Both the position numbers and the translations under genes were made by a program. From positions 48,893-112,892 of the forward strand of contig JBBTRT010000001.1 of NCBI GenBank assembly GCA_038065055.1: a stretch of DNA of 64,000 nucleotides, in the 5' to 3' direction. Shown piece by piece: positions 1 through 9,964 of this stretch. The notes below the pieces were generated by a model, which had not been told where the DNA came from, made no database searches, and saw only the letters and a list, made by a program, of their open reading frames with translations. The DNA is from Patescibacteria group bacterium. GTDB lineage: Bacteria > Patescibacteriota > Microgenomatia > UBA1400 > CG1-02-47-37. How positions within the stretch are numbered: the first letter of the stretch is position 1; every line of letters starts with the position of its first letter.

Positions 1-266
1 TTAAAAAGGACATTCTCGCTGATAAACGCATTCAATACGAAGGTATGTATACCGGCGAAGGCATTGCTTTGAAAGAAGTAATGAATCAGGGTAAAAAAAT
101 AATCATCATTAACCTGGAAGAATTTAGAGTGGCTAAAAGGACCTTTTTTGGCGCCGACGAGACCTTACCAATCATTACTCCAATAAAACGAAAAGAAATG
201 GAAGCTTATTATCAATGGGAAAATCAAGTTCAACTAACTCGTCTGAAACAATATGCTAAAAATTAA
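1..266 (+). CDS. hypothetical protein (5' end outside window)
   Basis: The frame stays open from the window edge to the stop at 264-266. The Met at 45 in the ORF track is probably internal. No recognisable motif. Confidence 0.35.
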   Translation, partial: KKDILADKRIQYEGMYTGEGIALKEVMNQGKKIIIINLEEFRVAKRTFFGADETLPIITPIKRKEMEAYYQWENQVQLTRLKQYAKN

Positions 267-1137
267 TCCCGGTTCAGCTATTTTAATCAGAAAAGGGTCG
301 AAAATAATCTACCGACAATGTACCGGTATGGCTGATTTGGCTAAAAAAATCCCGATTAGTCCAAAGACAAATTTTCGCCTTGCCTCCCTATCCAAGCCAT
401 TTACTGCTATGGCAATTACCTATTTAAACGAAAAGAAACAACTAAAATACACAGATAACATAAATAGATTTTTCCCAGATTTTCCTGATTGGGGAAAATT
501 AACTACTATTAGGCAGCTCTTAACCCATACGGCGGGATTTCCTGATCATGAACAAATCTTATATCAAACCATTAAACCAGGATACCTGCCAAACATTTAT
601 GACGCCGTAGAAGTTTTTAAACTAAGCCAGCCACTGTTTAAATCCGGCAGTCGCTACCAATACAGCGACGCCGGCTATGTCATGCTGGCTTTAATTATTG
701 AAAAAGTTTCCGGACAAAAATATTCCAAATTTCTAAAAAGATATATTTTTAAACCCTTACTGTTGAACTCCACCCTGGTTGTGGATAATCCTGATATCAA
801 AATCCCCAACCAGGCTTTAGGCTATTTAAAAGACGAAAATTCCTGGACACTGTATGATTTTGACCCGTTAAATTACATCATTGGCGATGAAGGAATTTAT
901 TCAAATCTGGAGGATTTATCTCGACTGCGACCAACTCAAACTTTAGGCTGGCTAACGCCAAAAATTAACGGCGAAACAGTAATCTATCACGATGGTTTTT
1001 GGGTCGGGTTTAGAAATTTTATGCTTTATTTGCCTGAAAAAAAAATTAGTCTTATTTATTTATCCAATAATACTTTATTAAATAGTGATCAGAAACGCTG
1101 GCTCTTGGCAAAAAAACTACTAACAATGATAAAATAA
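253..1137 (+). CDS. serine hydrolase, beta-lactamase/PBP-like family
   Basis: 294 aa. SxxK nucleophile motif (ASLSKPF) near the N-terminus and a YxN-like motif (QYSDAGY). Confidence 0.65.
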   Translation: MLKINPGSAILIRKGSKIIYRQCTGMADLAKKIPISPKTNFRLASLSKPFTAMAITYLNEKKQLKYTDNINRFFPDFPDWGKLTTIRQLLTHTAGFPDHEQILYQTIKPGYLPNIYDAVEVFKLSQPLFKSGSRYQYSDAGYVMLALIIEKVSGQKYSKFLKRYIFKPLLLNSTLVVDNPDIKIPNQALGYLKDENSWTLYDFDPLNYIIGDEGIYSNLEDLSRLRPTQTLGWLTPKINGETVIYHDGFWVGFRNFMLYLPEKKISLIYLSNNTLLNSDQKRWLLAKKLLTMIK

Positions 1138-1140
1138 TCT

Positions 1141-2103
1141 ATGCTTAAACTCACTCCTCAAGAACTCACCGCCGCCCGGAACGTAATGAAACAATGTATG
1201 GGTATTAAACCCGGCGAGTCGGTTTTAATCGTCACCGACCCTGCAAGGTCCAACCTTGCAGGCATTTTTGCCGCCGCTGCTAAAGCCATAACTAAAAAAG
1301 TTGAGCTTGTTTCATTTAATACTATGACCGGCAACGCCCAAGAACCGCCGCCTCTAGCCGCTCAGAAAATGAAAACTGCTGACGTGGCTCTTTTAGTTAC
1401 TACCTATTCCCTCTCCCACACTAAAGCCCGCAAAAACGCCAGTCAAAATGGCTGCCGGATCGCTTCCATGCCGGGCATTACTTTGGCCATGGCCAAAAGA
1501 ACCCTAACGGCTGATTTTACTCAAATGGCAGCCTTATCTACTAAATTAGCTGAAATATTATCTCAGGCTAACTCTGCCCGGCTGACTTCTGCCGCCGGCA
1601 CTGATTTAACTTTTACCTTAACCGGACGCCTAGGCGACGCCGACACTGGCCTTTACACCACCCCAGGACTTTGGGGCAATCTCCCGGCCGGCGAAGCTTG
1701 CATCGGCCCCTTAGAAAATAAAACACAAGGCACTTTAATCATTGATGGCGCTATGGCCGAAATTAATTTAGATCAGCCGATAAAAATTATAATAAAAGAC
1801 GGTCTGGCAATTGATATTTCCGGCGGCCAAGCTGCCAAACGCTTAACCGCAACTCTCAGGCAAGCCGGACCTCAAGCATTTCAGGTAGCCGAGCTGGGTA
1901 TCGGCACTAATCCGCTGGCCCAACTCTCACCCAATATCTTGGAGGCCGAAAAAGTCTATGCCACCTGCCATGTTGCTTTTGGCAATAATCTTTCCTATGG
2001 CGGGATTATTGACGTCCCAGTCCATGAAGATGGCGTAATCCTTCAGCCAACGCTCCAAATTGATGGTAAAATAATCCTTAAAGCCGGAAAATTTTTACTA
2101 TGA
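1141..2103 (+). CDS. aminopeptidase, M29 (AmpS/aminopeptidase T)-like
   Basis: 320 aa. The C-terminal block ELGIGTNP..EAEKV..CHVAFGNN..VHEDGV..IDGKIILKAGKF resembles the M29 metal-binding region as I remember it. Confidence 0.55.
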   Translation: MLKLTPQELTAARNVMKQCMGIKPGESVLIVTDPARSNLAGIFAAAAKAITKKVELVSFNTMTGNAQEPPPLAAQKMKTADVALLVTTYSLSHTKARKNASQNGCRIASMPGITLAMAKRTLTADFTQMAALSTKLAEILSQANSARLTSAAGTDLTFTLTGRLGDADTGLYTTPGLWGNLPAGEACIGPLENKTQGTLIIDGAMAEINLDQPIKIIIKDGLAIDISGGQAAKRLTATLRQAGPQAFQVAELGIGTNPLAQLSPNILEAEKVYATCHVAFGNNLSYGGIIDVPVHEDGVILQPTLQIDGKIILKAGKFLL

Positions 2104-3305
2104 CTCAAAAATTAATCAAACCCCAAACCCTTAAAGGCTTTCGCGACTTTTTACCCGCTGACTCCTTAAAACGCCAATACGCAATTGATATTATCCGGAG
2201 AACTTTCGAGCTTTACGGCTTTCAGCCCCTGGAAACTCCGGCCCTGGAATATTTGGAAACCTTTGCCGGCCAAATCGGCGAAGACGAAAAACTCTTTTTT
2301 AAATTTACCGATGCCGGCGGCCGGAAAGTGGCTTTACGCTACGACCAAACCGTCCCTACCTGCCGCGTCATCGCCCAATACCCGGATAAAATTACTTTGC
2401 CCTTTAAACGCTACCAGATCCAAACCGTCTGGCGCTCGGAAAAACCGCAAAAAGGCCGCTACCGGGAATTTTTGCAATGCGACGCCGATATTTTTGGAGT
2501 TGATAACCGCACGGCTGATGCCGAAACAATCGCCTTAACTATCGAAATTTATAAAAACCTGGGTTTTAAAAACCCAATTGCCATTATCAACGACCGCGAT
2601 CTTTATAAAGATATTCCTTACCCGGCCATAGTGGCTATCGATAAACTCGATAAAATCGGGACAGAAGGCGTCATCGCTGAATTGAAACAAAAAGGTTTTA
2701 AGCCGGAGATTCTTGAACAAGTCAAAAATAATCAACCCAACGCCAATTTAAAAACAATTTTTAAATACTTGGATAATTACGGTTTTAAAAATAACTATCA
2801 ATTTAAACCCACTCTGGCCCGCTCTTTCTCTTATTCTAACGCTACGATTTGGGAAATCATTGATAAAAACTTTCCCACCGGTTCTTTAGCCGGCTGCGAA
2901 CGGTTTGACAGTTTAGTCGGTAAATTTTCCAACCGCCAGGTTCCCGCCGTTGGTTTTGCCATTGGTTTTGACCGCACTATTTTAGCCATGGAGGAACTCA
3001 ATCTTTTCCCCAAATTAGGCACCAAAACCAAAGCGCTGGTCACGATTTTTTCACCTGAACTGCTCAATAAATCTCTTGCCTTAACCAAAAAATTAAGACA
3101 GCAAAAAATCAATACTGATCTCTACCCTGACCCAGGGGATAAAATTTCCAAACAATTAAAATACGCTGATAACAACCAAATTCCTTTTGCCATCCTGCTC
3201 GGCCCCGACGAAGCCGCTAAAAACATGGTCACCCTTAAAAACATGGCCTCCACCAAACAACAAACCATTACCTTAAACCAAGCCATCGATGTCCTCGCGC
3301 GCTAA
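2100..3305 (+). CDS. hisS: histidyl-tRNA synthetase
   Basis: 401 aa. Motifs GFRDFLP, ALRYDQTVP and FKRYQIQTVWRSEKPQKGRYREFLQCDADIFG. ATGA overlap with the upstream gene. Confidence 0.9.
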   Translation: MTQKLIKPQTLKGFRDFLPADSLKRQYAIDIIRRTFELYGFQPLETPALEYLETFAGQIGEDEKLFFKFTDAGGRKVALRYDQTVPTCRVIAQYPDKITLPFKRYQIQTVWRSEKPQKGRYREFLQCDADIFGVDNRTADAETIALTIEIYKNLGFKNPIAIINDRDLYKDIPYPAIVAIDKLDKIGTEGVIAELKQKGFKPEILEQVKNNQPNANLKTIFKYLDNYGFKNNYQFKPTLARSFSYSNATIWEIIDKNFPTGSLAGCERFDSLVGKFSNRQVPAVGFAIGFDRTILAMEELNLFPKLGTKTKALVTIFSPELLNKSLALTKKLRQQKINTDLYPDPGDKISKQLKYADNNQIPFAILLGPDEAAKNMVTLKNMASTKQQTITLNQAIDVLAR

Positions 3306-4179
3306 GGCCTATTTAGCTCTTTTAGTTGTGTCTTTAATTTGGGGTATTGCTCTTCCTTTAGTCAAACCTGCGCTTAGCTTTGTTTCTCCATACCAATTTT
3401 TATACTTTCGCTATCTTATTGCCGCCCCCCTGCTCCTGCCGGTATTATTTTTTTATGCTTTTAAACTCAAGCTTTCTTTTAAAACTTATTTAAAAATAAT
3501 TGCCCTGGAAATTCTCGGTACTCCAATCGCCTTGCCAATCCTTTACCAAGGCTTAAAACTGACTTCCGGCCTGGAAGCTTCGCTTTTAGGAGCTACCGGC
3601 CCGCTTTTCACTATTTTAGGCGGCATCATATTTTTAAAAGAACACGAATCAAAACGCGAATGGCGCGGCCTGGTTTTAAGTTTCTTTGGCACTTTAATTC
3701 TGGTTTTTGAACCTCTATTAACCGGTAAAAATCACCTGCTCGGATTTTCTCTTTTGGGAAATTTATTAATATTGGGCCACAATTTATTAAATACAGTCTA
3801 TTTACTTTTAGCCAAAAAACTTTACCGGAAACTGCCAAAATTATTAGTCTGCAGTATTAGTTACCCCATCGCCCTTTCCAGTCTTTGGCTAGTGTTGATT
3901 TTTTCCAATCAATCAACCGCTCTAACCCTGCTCTCAATTCCCTCAGTTGCCCTAGCCAGCGGCTACATGGCTATTTTCGGTTCCATCATTGCTTTATTTT
4001 TATTGCTTTACGGTCAAAATTTAATCGAAGTTTCCGAAGCATCATTATTTACTTATTTAAACGGTATTATTGCCATTCCCGCCGCCTGGTTTTTTTTAAA
4101 AGAAATTCCCACTTGGCCCATGGGCTTGGCCATAATTTTTATCGCCTACGGTGTATTTTTAGCTGAAAAACGTGTATAA
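3289..4179 (+). CDS. EamA/DMT-family transporter
   Basis: 296 aa and almost entirely hydrophobic, with about 10 helices in two similar halves, as in drug/metabolite transporters. Confidence 0.65.
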   Translation: MSSRAKAYLALLVVSLIWGIALPLVKPALSFVSPYQFLYFRYLIAAPLLLPVLFFYAFKLKLSFKTYLKIIALEILGTPIALPILYQGLKLTSGLEASLLGATGPLFTILGGIIFLKEHESKREWRGLVLSFFGTLILVFEPLLTGKNHLLGFSLLGNLLILGHNLLNTVYLLLAKKLYRKLPKLLVCSISYPIALSSLWLVLIFSNQSTALTLLSIPSVALASGYMAIFGSIIALFLLLYGQNLIEVSEASLFTYLNGIIAIPAAWFFLKEIPTWPMGLAIIFIAYGVFLAEKRV

Positions 4180-4190
4180 TATTCTAATCT

Positions 4191-4508
4191 ATGAAAGCCA
4201 AAATTCACCCTCAATACTACGCCGATTGCCAAGTTTCCTGCGCTTGCGGCAATACTTTTACCACCGGATCAACCCTACCGGCCATTAAAATCGATATTTG
4301 TTCGCAGTGCCACCCCTTCTTTACCGGCAAAATGAAATTCATCGATGCCATGGGCCGCGTTGAAAAATTCTCCCAGCAGTTTAAAGCCGCCCAAGCCAAA
4401 AAATTTGTGAAAAAATCCGACCGCAAAAAGAAAAAAGACCAGAACGATAATAAAACCCCGCTGACTCTTAAAGAAATGTTTGATCAGGAAAAAAAGAAAT
4501 CAAAATGA
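4191..4508 (+). CDS. rpmE: 50S ribosomal protein L31 (Zn-ribbon type, Lys-rich C-terminal tail)
   Basis: Starts [10 protein letters not shown]. CxC...CxxC motif and HPFFTG. 105 aa. Confidence 0.85.
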   Translation: MKAKIHPQYYADCQVSCACGNTFTTGSTLPAIKIDICSQCHPFFTGKMKFIDAMGRVEKFSQQFKAAQAKKFVKKSDRKKKKDQNDNKTPLTLKEMFDQEKKKSK

Positions 4509-5401
4509 CCGATTACCTCCAGCAGGAAATCGACCGGTTAAACCAAAAAATAAATGAGGCCCAAGAAGCCTTAACCGACCCACAATTAAAATCCTTAGCC
4601 GAAGAAGAAATTGCCAGCCTAAAACAAGCGCTCCAAGCTTTAGTTGAATCTCAAAATTCTTCCCCTGCGTTACCACTCCGGAGTGGTAACGAACCTCAGG
4701 GAAATGTTATTTTGGAAATCCGGCCTGGCACCGGCGGCGAAGAAGCTAAGCTCTGGGCCGAAGATTTGGAAAATATGTACGTCCGCTTTGCCAACTTGCA
4801 AAAACTAACTGTCGTTAAAATTGATTCCGGCGTGATAAAAATCAAAAGCAAAACCGCTTATGCTTTATTTAAACATGAAGCCGGCGTCCATCGCGTCCAA
4901 CGCGTGCCCACCACCGAAGCCCAGGGCCGGATTCACACTTCCACTGCCACGGTTGCCGTTCTACCGGATGTCAAAGAAACCGATATTAACGTTAACCCTA
5001 AAGATCTGGAAATTGCTTTCTTCCATGCTTCCTCTCATGGCGGTCAAAATGTCCAAAAAGTCTCCACCGCCGTCCGCATCACTCATAAACCTACCGGCCT
5101 TATCACCAGCTGCCAAACCCAGCGCTTTCAGGACCAAAACCGCAAAATCGCCATCGACATGCTCCGGTCAAAGCTCTTTCAAATTGAACAGGAAAAAAAC
5201 TTAGCCGAAACCGGCGCCGCCCGCCAATTAGCCGGCCATGGTTCCCGGGCCGAAAAAATCCGCACTTATAATTTTCCGCAAAACCGCGTTACCGACCACC
5301 GTTTAGGAAAATCCTGGAAAAGCCTGGACCGGATTATGGCCGGCGATCTTTTACCACTGCTTACGGCTCTCCAAGTTCTGCCAAAGTTACCGTTAAATTA
5401 A
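4505..5401 (+). CDS. prfA: peptide chain release factor 1 (short form)
   Basis: GGQ motif ([13 protein letters not shown]). RF1-type anticodon-like region [25 protein letters not shown]. 298 aa. ATGA overlap with rpmE. Confidence 0.85.
   Translation: MTDYLQQEIDRLNQKINEAQEALTDPQLKSLAEEEIASLKQALQALVESQNSSPALPLRSGNEPQGNVILEIRPGTGGEEAKLWAEDLENMYVRFANLQKLTVVKIDSGVIKIKSKTAYALFKHEAGVHRVQRVPTTEAQGRIHTSTATVAVLPDVKETDINVNPKDLEIAFFHASSHGGQNVQKVSTAVRITHKPTGLITSCQTQRFQDQNRKIAIDMLRSKLFQIEQEKNLAETGAARQLAGHGSRAEKIRTYNFPQNRVTDHRLGKSWKSLDRIMAGDLLPLLTALQVLPKLPLN
4668..4691. repeat. 24-bp perfect palindrome inside the prfA CDS
   Basis: CGTTACCACTCC|GGAGTGGTAACG is a perfect inverted repeat centred on TCCGGA. 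It is translated as ..ALPLRSGNE.. in a variable linker. Confidence 0.9.
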
Positions 5402-6365
5402 TTGTTTCCCCGGCCCGGTAAATTTCCAAGCTTACTTGATCCCCTACTTGTTTTTTAGAAATCAACTCAGTTAATCCCTGCTCATCAATGATAATAATAT
5501 CATTTTCTTTAATTCCCGCTTTCTCTGCCGGCGAGCCTTTCACCACTTCCACTACATAAGCTCCCTGGGGTACGCTGTTTAAAATCGCTGTTTTTTTATC
5601 CAAAATCTGATACCTCACCCCTAAATACGGCCGGTTAAATTTACCGGTGTTGCTGAAATTATCAATCGAATCGGCAATGACATTAATCGGGATCGCAAAC
5701 CCGATATTCTGCCCGGATTGAGATACGGCCACATTTACCCCGATTACTTCTCCGCGATAATTCAACAACGGTCCGCCGGAATTGCCCGGATTAATTGCCG
5801 CGTCCGTCTGAATCACATTGGTTAATCCGGCGCTGATTCCCCTGTCTAGACCGGAAATCACACCCGTCGTCACTGTCGACCGGAATTCACCTAAAGCTGT
5901 TCCTATCGCAATTACCATCTGCCCCACCTTTAACCCATCCGAATCCCCCAAAGTCACTGCCTGAAAATTTCCATCCAAGTTAACTTGAATAATTGCCAAA
6001 TCAGTCACCGGATCGCGGTAGATTTTTTCCGCCTTCAGCTCAGTGTTATCCGTGGTAATAATTTTATATTCTGCCTGTAAATCATTGACCACGTGTTTAT
6101 TCGTCACAATTAACCCTTCAGTCGCGTCAATAATAAATCCCGACCCAATATCCTGCTCTTTTAACCAGAATCCTTTCGCGCTTATCGTCACTACTGAAGC
6201 CGAAACTCTATCAACTACTTCCACCACCAAGTTTTCTTCTTTAACCACCTCTGGCTTGGATCGCATTCTTTCCCCTAATGCTCCCCCCACCAATCCCACG
6301 CTTAAAACAAAAATAAAAGCGAGCGCAATTGCAATTTTTTTACTTTTTGGCATCCTTGGCTTCAA
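5361..6365 (-). CDS. HtrA/DegP-family serine protease with PDZ domain
   Basis: N-terminal TM anchor. Trypsin-like catalytic Ser motif GNSGGPL with a His context (TNKHV). C-terminal PDZ-like region. Confidence 0.8.
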   Translation of the reverse strand: MKPRMPKSKKIAIALAFIFVLSVGLVGGALGERMRSKPEVVKEENLVVEVVDRVSASVVTISAKGFWLKEQDIGSGFIIDATEGLIVTNKHVVNDLQAEYKIITTDNTELKAEKIYRDPVTDLAIIQVNLDGNFQAVTLGDSDGLKVGQMVIAIGTALGEFRSTVTTGVISGLDRGISAGLTNVIQTDAAINPGNSGGPLLNYRGEVIGVNVAVSQSGQNIGFAIPINVIADSIDNFSNTGKFNRPYLGVRYQILDKKTAILNSVPQGAYVVEVVKGSPAEKAGIKENDIIIIDEQGLTELISKKQVGDQVSLEIYRAGETINLTVTLAELGEP

Positions 6366-6759
6366 CCAACTTTAATTTAACTTTGGCTTTCGCTTGATTA
6401 AAATTTAAAGTTATCTCATAATCGCCCAATTTTTTAATCGGCTTCGGGAGCTCCACTTGGGTTTTTAACACTTTAAACGCTTTCGCAATCTCTTTTTTCG
6501 TCACGCTGCCGTGAATTTTACCTTCAGAACCGGCCTTAACTGCCAATTCCACCACTTTACCATCCACTCTTTCCGCTGCTTGGCGGTCATCTTTTTGGCT
6601 GGATTCTTTTTTAACTACATCGGTTTTTTTCGCTTGTTCCATCTCCTGAATCTTTTTATCGGTTGCCAGCACCGCCAATTTTTTTGGCAACAAATAATTC
6701 ACCGCGTAACCCAAAGCCACTTCTTTAACCTCTTTTGTCTTAATAAAAATTACTTTCAT
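6340..6759 (-). CDS. rplI: 50S ribosomal protein L9
   Basis: MKVIFIKTKEVKEVALGYAVNYLLPKKLA is an N-terminus typical of L9. 139 aa. Confidence 0.85.
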   Translation of the reverse strand: MKVIFIKTKEVKEVALGYAVNYLLPKKLAVLATDKKIQEMEQAKKTDVVKKESSQKDDRQAAERVDGKVVELAVKAGSEGKIHGSVTKKEIAKAFKVLKTQVELPKPIKKLGDYEITLNFNQAKAKVKLKLVEAKDAKK

Positions 6760-6762
6760 GGC

Positions 6763-7989
6763 CTATTGTAATACTATTTCCAGGGCTTTTTCCAGTTGCA
6801 AATCTTCCTCCGGCTTTTCCGGATCGTTTTTCACTTCTTCGTCCGGCGCAATCCCTTTGGTCTCATTTACCCATTGGCCTAAGGGTAAAAGCCATTTTGC
6901 CGTCGTGACATGTAAACCCGCTCCTTCGCCCAGATCCAGTGCCTCCTGAATCGTCCCTTTGCCAAAGGTCTTTTCCCCCACTAATTTGGCCCGCTTATAA
7001 TCTCTTAACACCCCGGCTAAAATCTCTGAAGAAGACGCGCTTCCCTGGTTCACCAGCACCACCAACGGCTCTTTAAGCAGCTTACCGTTAAAATCCACGC
7101 TATAACTTTCCACTTTGTCCTGGCTATTTTTCTGCTGGACCACGACTTTGCCCCGGGGCAAAAACTCGCCTGCGTACCGCACCGCCCCTTGCAAATATCC
7201 GCCCGGATTATTCCTCAAATCCAAAATAACTCCTTTGGCTTTTTGGCTGTTTATCTCTTTCACCGCTTCTTCCCATTCAGTTTCCGTCCGGCCGCCGAAC
7301 CGGGTTAATTTAAGTAATGCTACTTTTTTATCTTCCCCCACCCAGGATAACTCCACGCTTTTTACTACAATCGTATCTCTGGCCATCATGACCTCTTTTG
7401 TTTCACTATCGCCACTGCGTAAAATCGTTAACGTCACTTCAGTCCCTTTGGGGCCGCGGATCAGCTCGACTGCTTCCGGCAAAGTTATCTCGCCGGTATC
7501 TCTGTCAACCCCTTTTTTCTCATCTTTAATCTTCAAGATAAAATCCCCGGCTTTTACCCCGGCCGCTTCTGCCGGTGTCCCGACCAAAGGCGCTATTACC
7601 GCCAGCTGGTTATCCTTAAAACCGAGTTGAATTCCGACTCCTTCAAACGCTCCGTTTAGCTCTTCCTGGGTCGCCTTATTCTGCACCGGCGGCAAAAACA
7701 CCGTGTAAGGGTCGCCCAAAGCCGCCGTCATGCCTTTAATTGCCCCCCAAGTCATCTCCTGAGTTTTTAAATTATCTTTAATTAAATAAGCTTCGTGCAA
7801 TTTATCCCAAACCTGCCAATACAAACCCATATCCACAGAATTTTTATTGCTCGGAACGTATACCTTAAAACTGTTTCTCCTGCCTAAGTTCCAGCCTATT
7901 CCGCCGGAAATTATCATCAAGGCCACCACAATAATCCCGAATCTGACTTGTTTTAAGGACAATTTTACCATTTTCCACTTAGGCCACAA
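6763..7989 (-). CDS. carboxy-terminal processing (S41, Ctp/Prc) protease
   Basis: N-terminal TM segment, PDZ-like region, and S41 motifs LVNQGSASSSEILAG and GEKTFGKG. Confidence 0.8.
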   Translation of the reverse strand: MWPKWKMVKLSLKQVRFGIIVVALMIISGGIGWNLGRRNSFKVYVPSNKNSVDMGLYWQVWDKLHEAYLIKDNLKTQEMTWGAIKGMTAALGDPYTVFLPPVQNKATQEELNGAFEGVGIQLGFKDNQLAVIAPLVGTPAEAAGVKAGDFILKIKDEKKGVDRDTGEITLPEAVELIRGPKGTEVTLTILRSGDSETKEVMMARDTIVVKSVELSWVGEDKKVALLKLTRFGGRTETEWEEAVKEINSQKAKGVILDLRNNPGGYLQGAVRYAGEFLPRGKVVVQQKNSQDKVESYSVDFNGKLLKEPLVVLVNQGSASSSEILAGVLRDYKRAKLVGEKTFGKGTIQEALDLGEGAGLHVTTAKWLLPLGQWVNETKGIAPDEEVKNDPEKPEEDLQLEKALEIVLQ

Positions 7990-8206
7990 AGGGCAGTAAG
8001 GCTAAATGCCGGGCTTGTTTAATTGATTTTGCCAATAGCCGCTGATGCTTGGCGCAGACTCCGGTCCGGCTTCTGGATAAAATTTTTCCGTGCTCGCTAG
8101 TAAATTTTTTCAACGTTTCAAACTCCTGATATTCCGGAAGTTTTTTATTTTGGCAAAAATAGCACTTTAATTTATTCAACCGGTTAGGTTTATTTTGTTT
8201 ATACAT
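7979..8206 (-). CDS. rpsR: 30S ribosomal protein S18
   Basis: 75 aa. CYFC...LKKF.SE.GKILSRSRTG.CAKHQR...IKQAR.LALLPF matches the S18 pattern. Confidence 0.85.
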   Translation of the reverse strand: MYKQNKPNRLNKLKCYFCQNKKLPEYQEFETLKKFTSEHGKILSRSRTGVCAKHQRLLAKSIKQARHLALLPFVA

Positions 8207-8211
8207 ATAGC

Positions 8212-8766
8212 TTAAAAAGGAATATCGTCCGGATTAACGGTTGGTTTTTGTTCTTCTTTCGGTTCCTCTTTGGCTTTGGCCGCTGTTTTTCTCGCCGGCG
8301 CTTTTTCTTCCGCTGCCGGGGGAGGCGCTACTTCAACTGGAATGGCTTCAACTGCCACCGCTTCCGGCTGGTATTCTTCCTGCTGTTGCTGTTCATAACT
8401 GGCGCCGCCTTCCATGCCGTCTTTGCGCTTGGAATCCAGCACAATCATGTTATCGATCACCACTTCCACGGTCGTTCTTTCCTGGCCATCGGCTGTGGTC
8501 CAATTTCTGGTTTGCAACCGGCCCTCCACAAACACTTTTCTGCCTTTAAATAAAAGTTCCGAACATAATTCGGCTAATTTATTCCAGGATACAATCCGGT
8601 GAAATTCAGTTTCTTCCTGTCTTTCCCCTCCGGCTGACGGCTGCCAGGAGCGGTTAGTCGCTAAACCAAAAGTGCAAACCGGCGTTCCCTGCGGCGTATA
8701 TCTTAACTCCGGATCGCGGGTTAAATTCCCAATTAATAAAACTTTATTTAACGATCGGCTCGACAT
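8212..8766 (-). CDS. ssb: single-stranded DNA-binding protein
   Basis: OB-fold N-terminus (LNKVLLIGNLTRDPELRYT), acidic/Pro-rich linker and the canonical C-terminal DDIPF tip. Confidence 0.9.
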   Translation of the reverse strand: MSSRSLNKVLLIGNLTRDPELRYTPQGTPVCTFGLATNRSWQPSAGGERQEETEFHRIVSWNKLAELCSELLFKGRKVFVEGRLQTRNWTTADGQERTTVEVVIDNMIVLDSKRKDGMEGGASYEQQQQEEYQPEAVAVEAIPVEVAPPPAAEEKAPARKTAAKAKEEPKEEQKPTVNPDDIPF

Positions 8767-9070
8767 GATCCCTCCCCTGTCCGCCTTTGGCGGATATTAA
8801 TAAATATCTTAATATTATTTCACCCTGCTTGGCCAATTTATCCAATTCATTTACTTCTTCTTCAGGCAGTTCAATCACGCAAAAACAATAGACTCCCTTG
8901 GTCTGCTTTTTAATCGCGTAAGCCAGCTCGCGCTTGCCTAAAATATTAATTTTGGTTAACTTAGCCTTGACTTTTGTGAGCAATGTTTCGACTAAGGTTT
9001 TAATCTTTTTGTCGTCTTTGCCGGCCTCTTCAGTCAAGATCAAGGCAAATTCGTATGATCGCATTGCCAT
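8744..9070 (-). CDS. rpsF: 30S ribosomal protein S6
   Basis: MRSYEFALIL start (probably Met3, position 9064). Sits in the rpsF-ssb-rpsR-rplI gene order. Confidence 0.8.
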   Translation of the reverse strand: MAMRSYEFALILTEEAGKDDKKIKTLVETLLTKVKAKLTKINILGKRELAYAIKKQTKGVYCFCVIELPEEEVNELDKLAKQGEIILRYLLISAKGGQGRDHVEPIVK

Positions 9071-9076
9071 AGTATA

Positions 9077-9964
9077 TCAGCTGCCGATTTTAAACTCAAC
9101 CACGTCTCCGTCCTGCATCGCGTAATCCCGGCCTTCCAGCCTCATTTTGCCTAATTCCCTGGCCTTCTTCCAACCCCCAACACTGATAAAATCTTCAAAC
9201 TTCACCACTTCGGCTTTAATAAATTTCGCCATAAAATCAGTATGAATTACGCCCGCCGCCTCAACCGCAGTTGCTCCTTTTTTTATAGTCCACGCCCTTA
9301 CCTCTTTCTCCCCGGCCGTTAAAAAAGTTTGCAAGCCCAAAATATCAAATGCGGTTTGAATCACTTTTTCTAACCCGGTTTTAGCGCTTCCCAATTGTTG
9401 CAAATATTCTTTTTGGTCTTCCGCTGACAAATTCGCCAATTCCTCTTCCATTTTGGCGCAAATCCGCAGCCCATCCCCCGCCAACTTATCCTCATCCGTG
9501 TTGTAAACCACTATCCCTGGTTTTTTGGCCAGTAAATTTACTTTTTCTTTCGCGTCCAAATCAGCCAGCTCCAGTTCCATCTGCAGCGTTTCCAAATCTT
9601 CTTTTGGATTGGTCGACCCGGCCCGAATCACATTTTCGTCCTTAAAATCCCGCAGTAAATATAAAATCGCGTCAGTTTCCCGGATGTGGCTTAAAAACTT
9701 ATTCCCCAACCCCTCGCCCTTGGACGCGCCTTTAATCAACCCGGCAATATCCACAAATTTCACCGTTGCCTGCACAATCGGCGCGTTATAAATAGCCGCC
9801 AGCTTTTCTAATCTTTCATCCGGCACCGGCACTACTCCCACATTCGGTTCAATCGTCGCAAACGGAAAATTCGCCACGTAAGCCGCCTGTTTTTTCAGCA
9901 AAGCATTAAATAGCGTAGACTTTCCCACATTCGGCAACCCCACAATCGCGACGCTCAAGCCCAT
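9077..9964 (-). CDS. ychF: ribosome-binding ATPase YchF (N-terminal ~7 codons supplied by the integrated element)
   Basis: P-loop GLPNVGKSTLFNAL, FPFATIEPNVG, C-terminal TGS-like MQDGDVVEFK. The first codons lie right of the 14-bp att core. Confidence 0.85.
   Translation of the reverse strand: MGLSVAIVGLPNVGKSTLFNALLKKQAAYVANFPFATIEPNVGVVPVPDERLEKLAAIYNAPIVQATVKFVDIAGLIKGASKGEGLGNKFLSHIRETDAILYLLRDFKDENVIRAGSTNPKEDLETLQMELELADLDAKEKVNLLAKKPGIVVYNTDEDKLAGDGLRICAKMEEELANLSAEDQKEYLQQLGSAKTGLEKVIQTAFDILGLQTFLTAGEKEVRAWTIKKGATAVEAAGVIHTDFMAKFIKAEVVKFEDFISVGGWKKARELGKMRLEGRDYAMQDGDVVEFKIGS

Noticed and set aside
2185-2538. Many 60-170-aa ORFs in the track lie inside or antisense to strong genes. 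Examples: 2185-2538, 7115-7630, 8241-8553, 22621-22974, 39215-39703, 52662-53084, 59020-59466, 61748-62218.
   Set aside because: They overlap well-supported housekeeping CDSs almost completely, have low-complexity Pro/Ser/Arg-rich composition typical of shadow frames, and lack start contexts. I treated them as non-coding.
5361-5401. 41-nt convergent overlap of the prfA and htrA-like 3' ends.
   Set aside because: It probably reflects slightly extended C-terminal tails in a compact genome. I saw no structure or repeat there.
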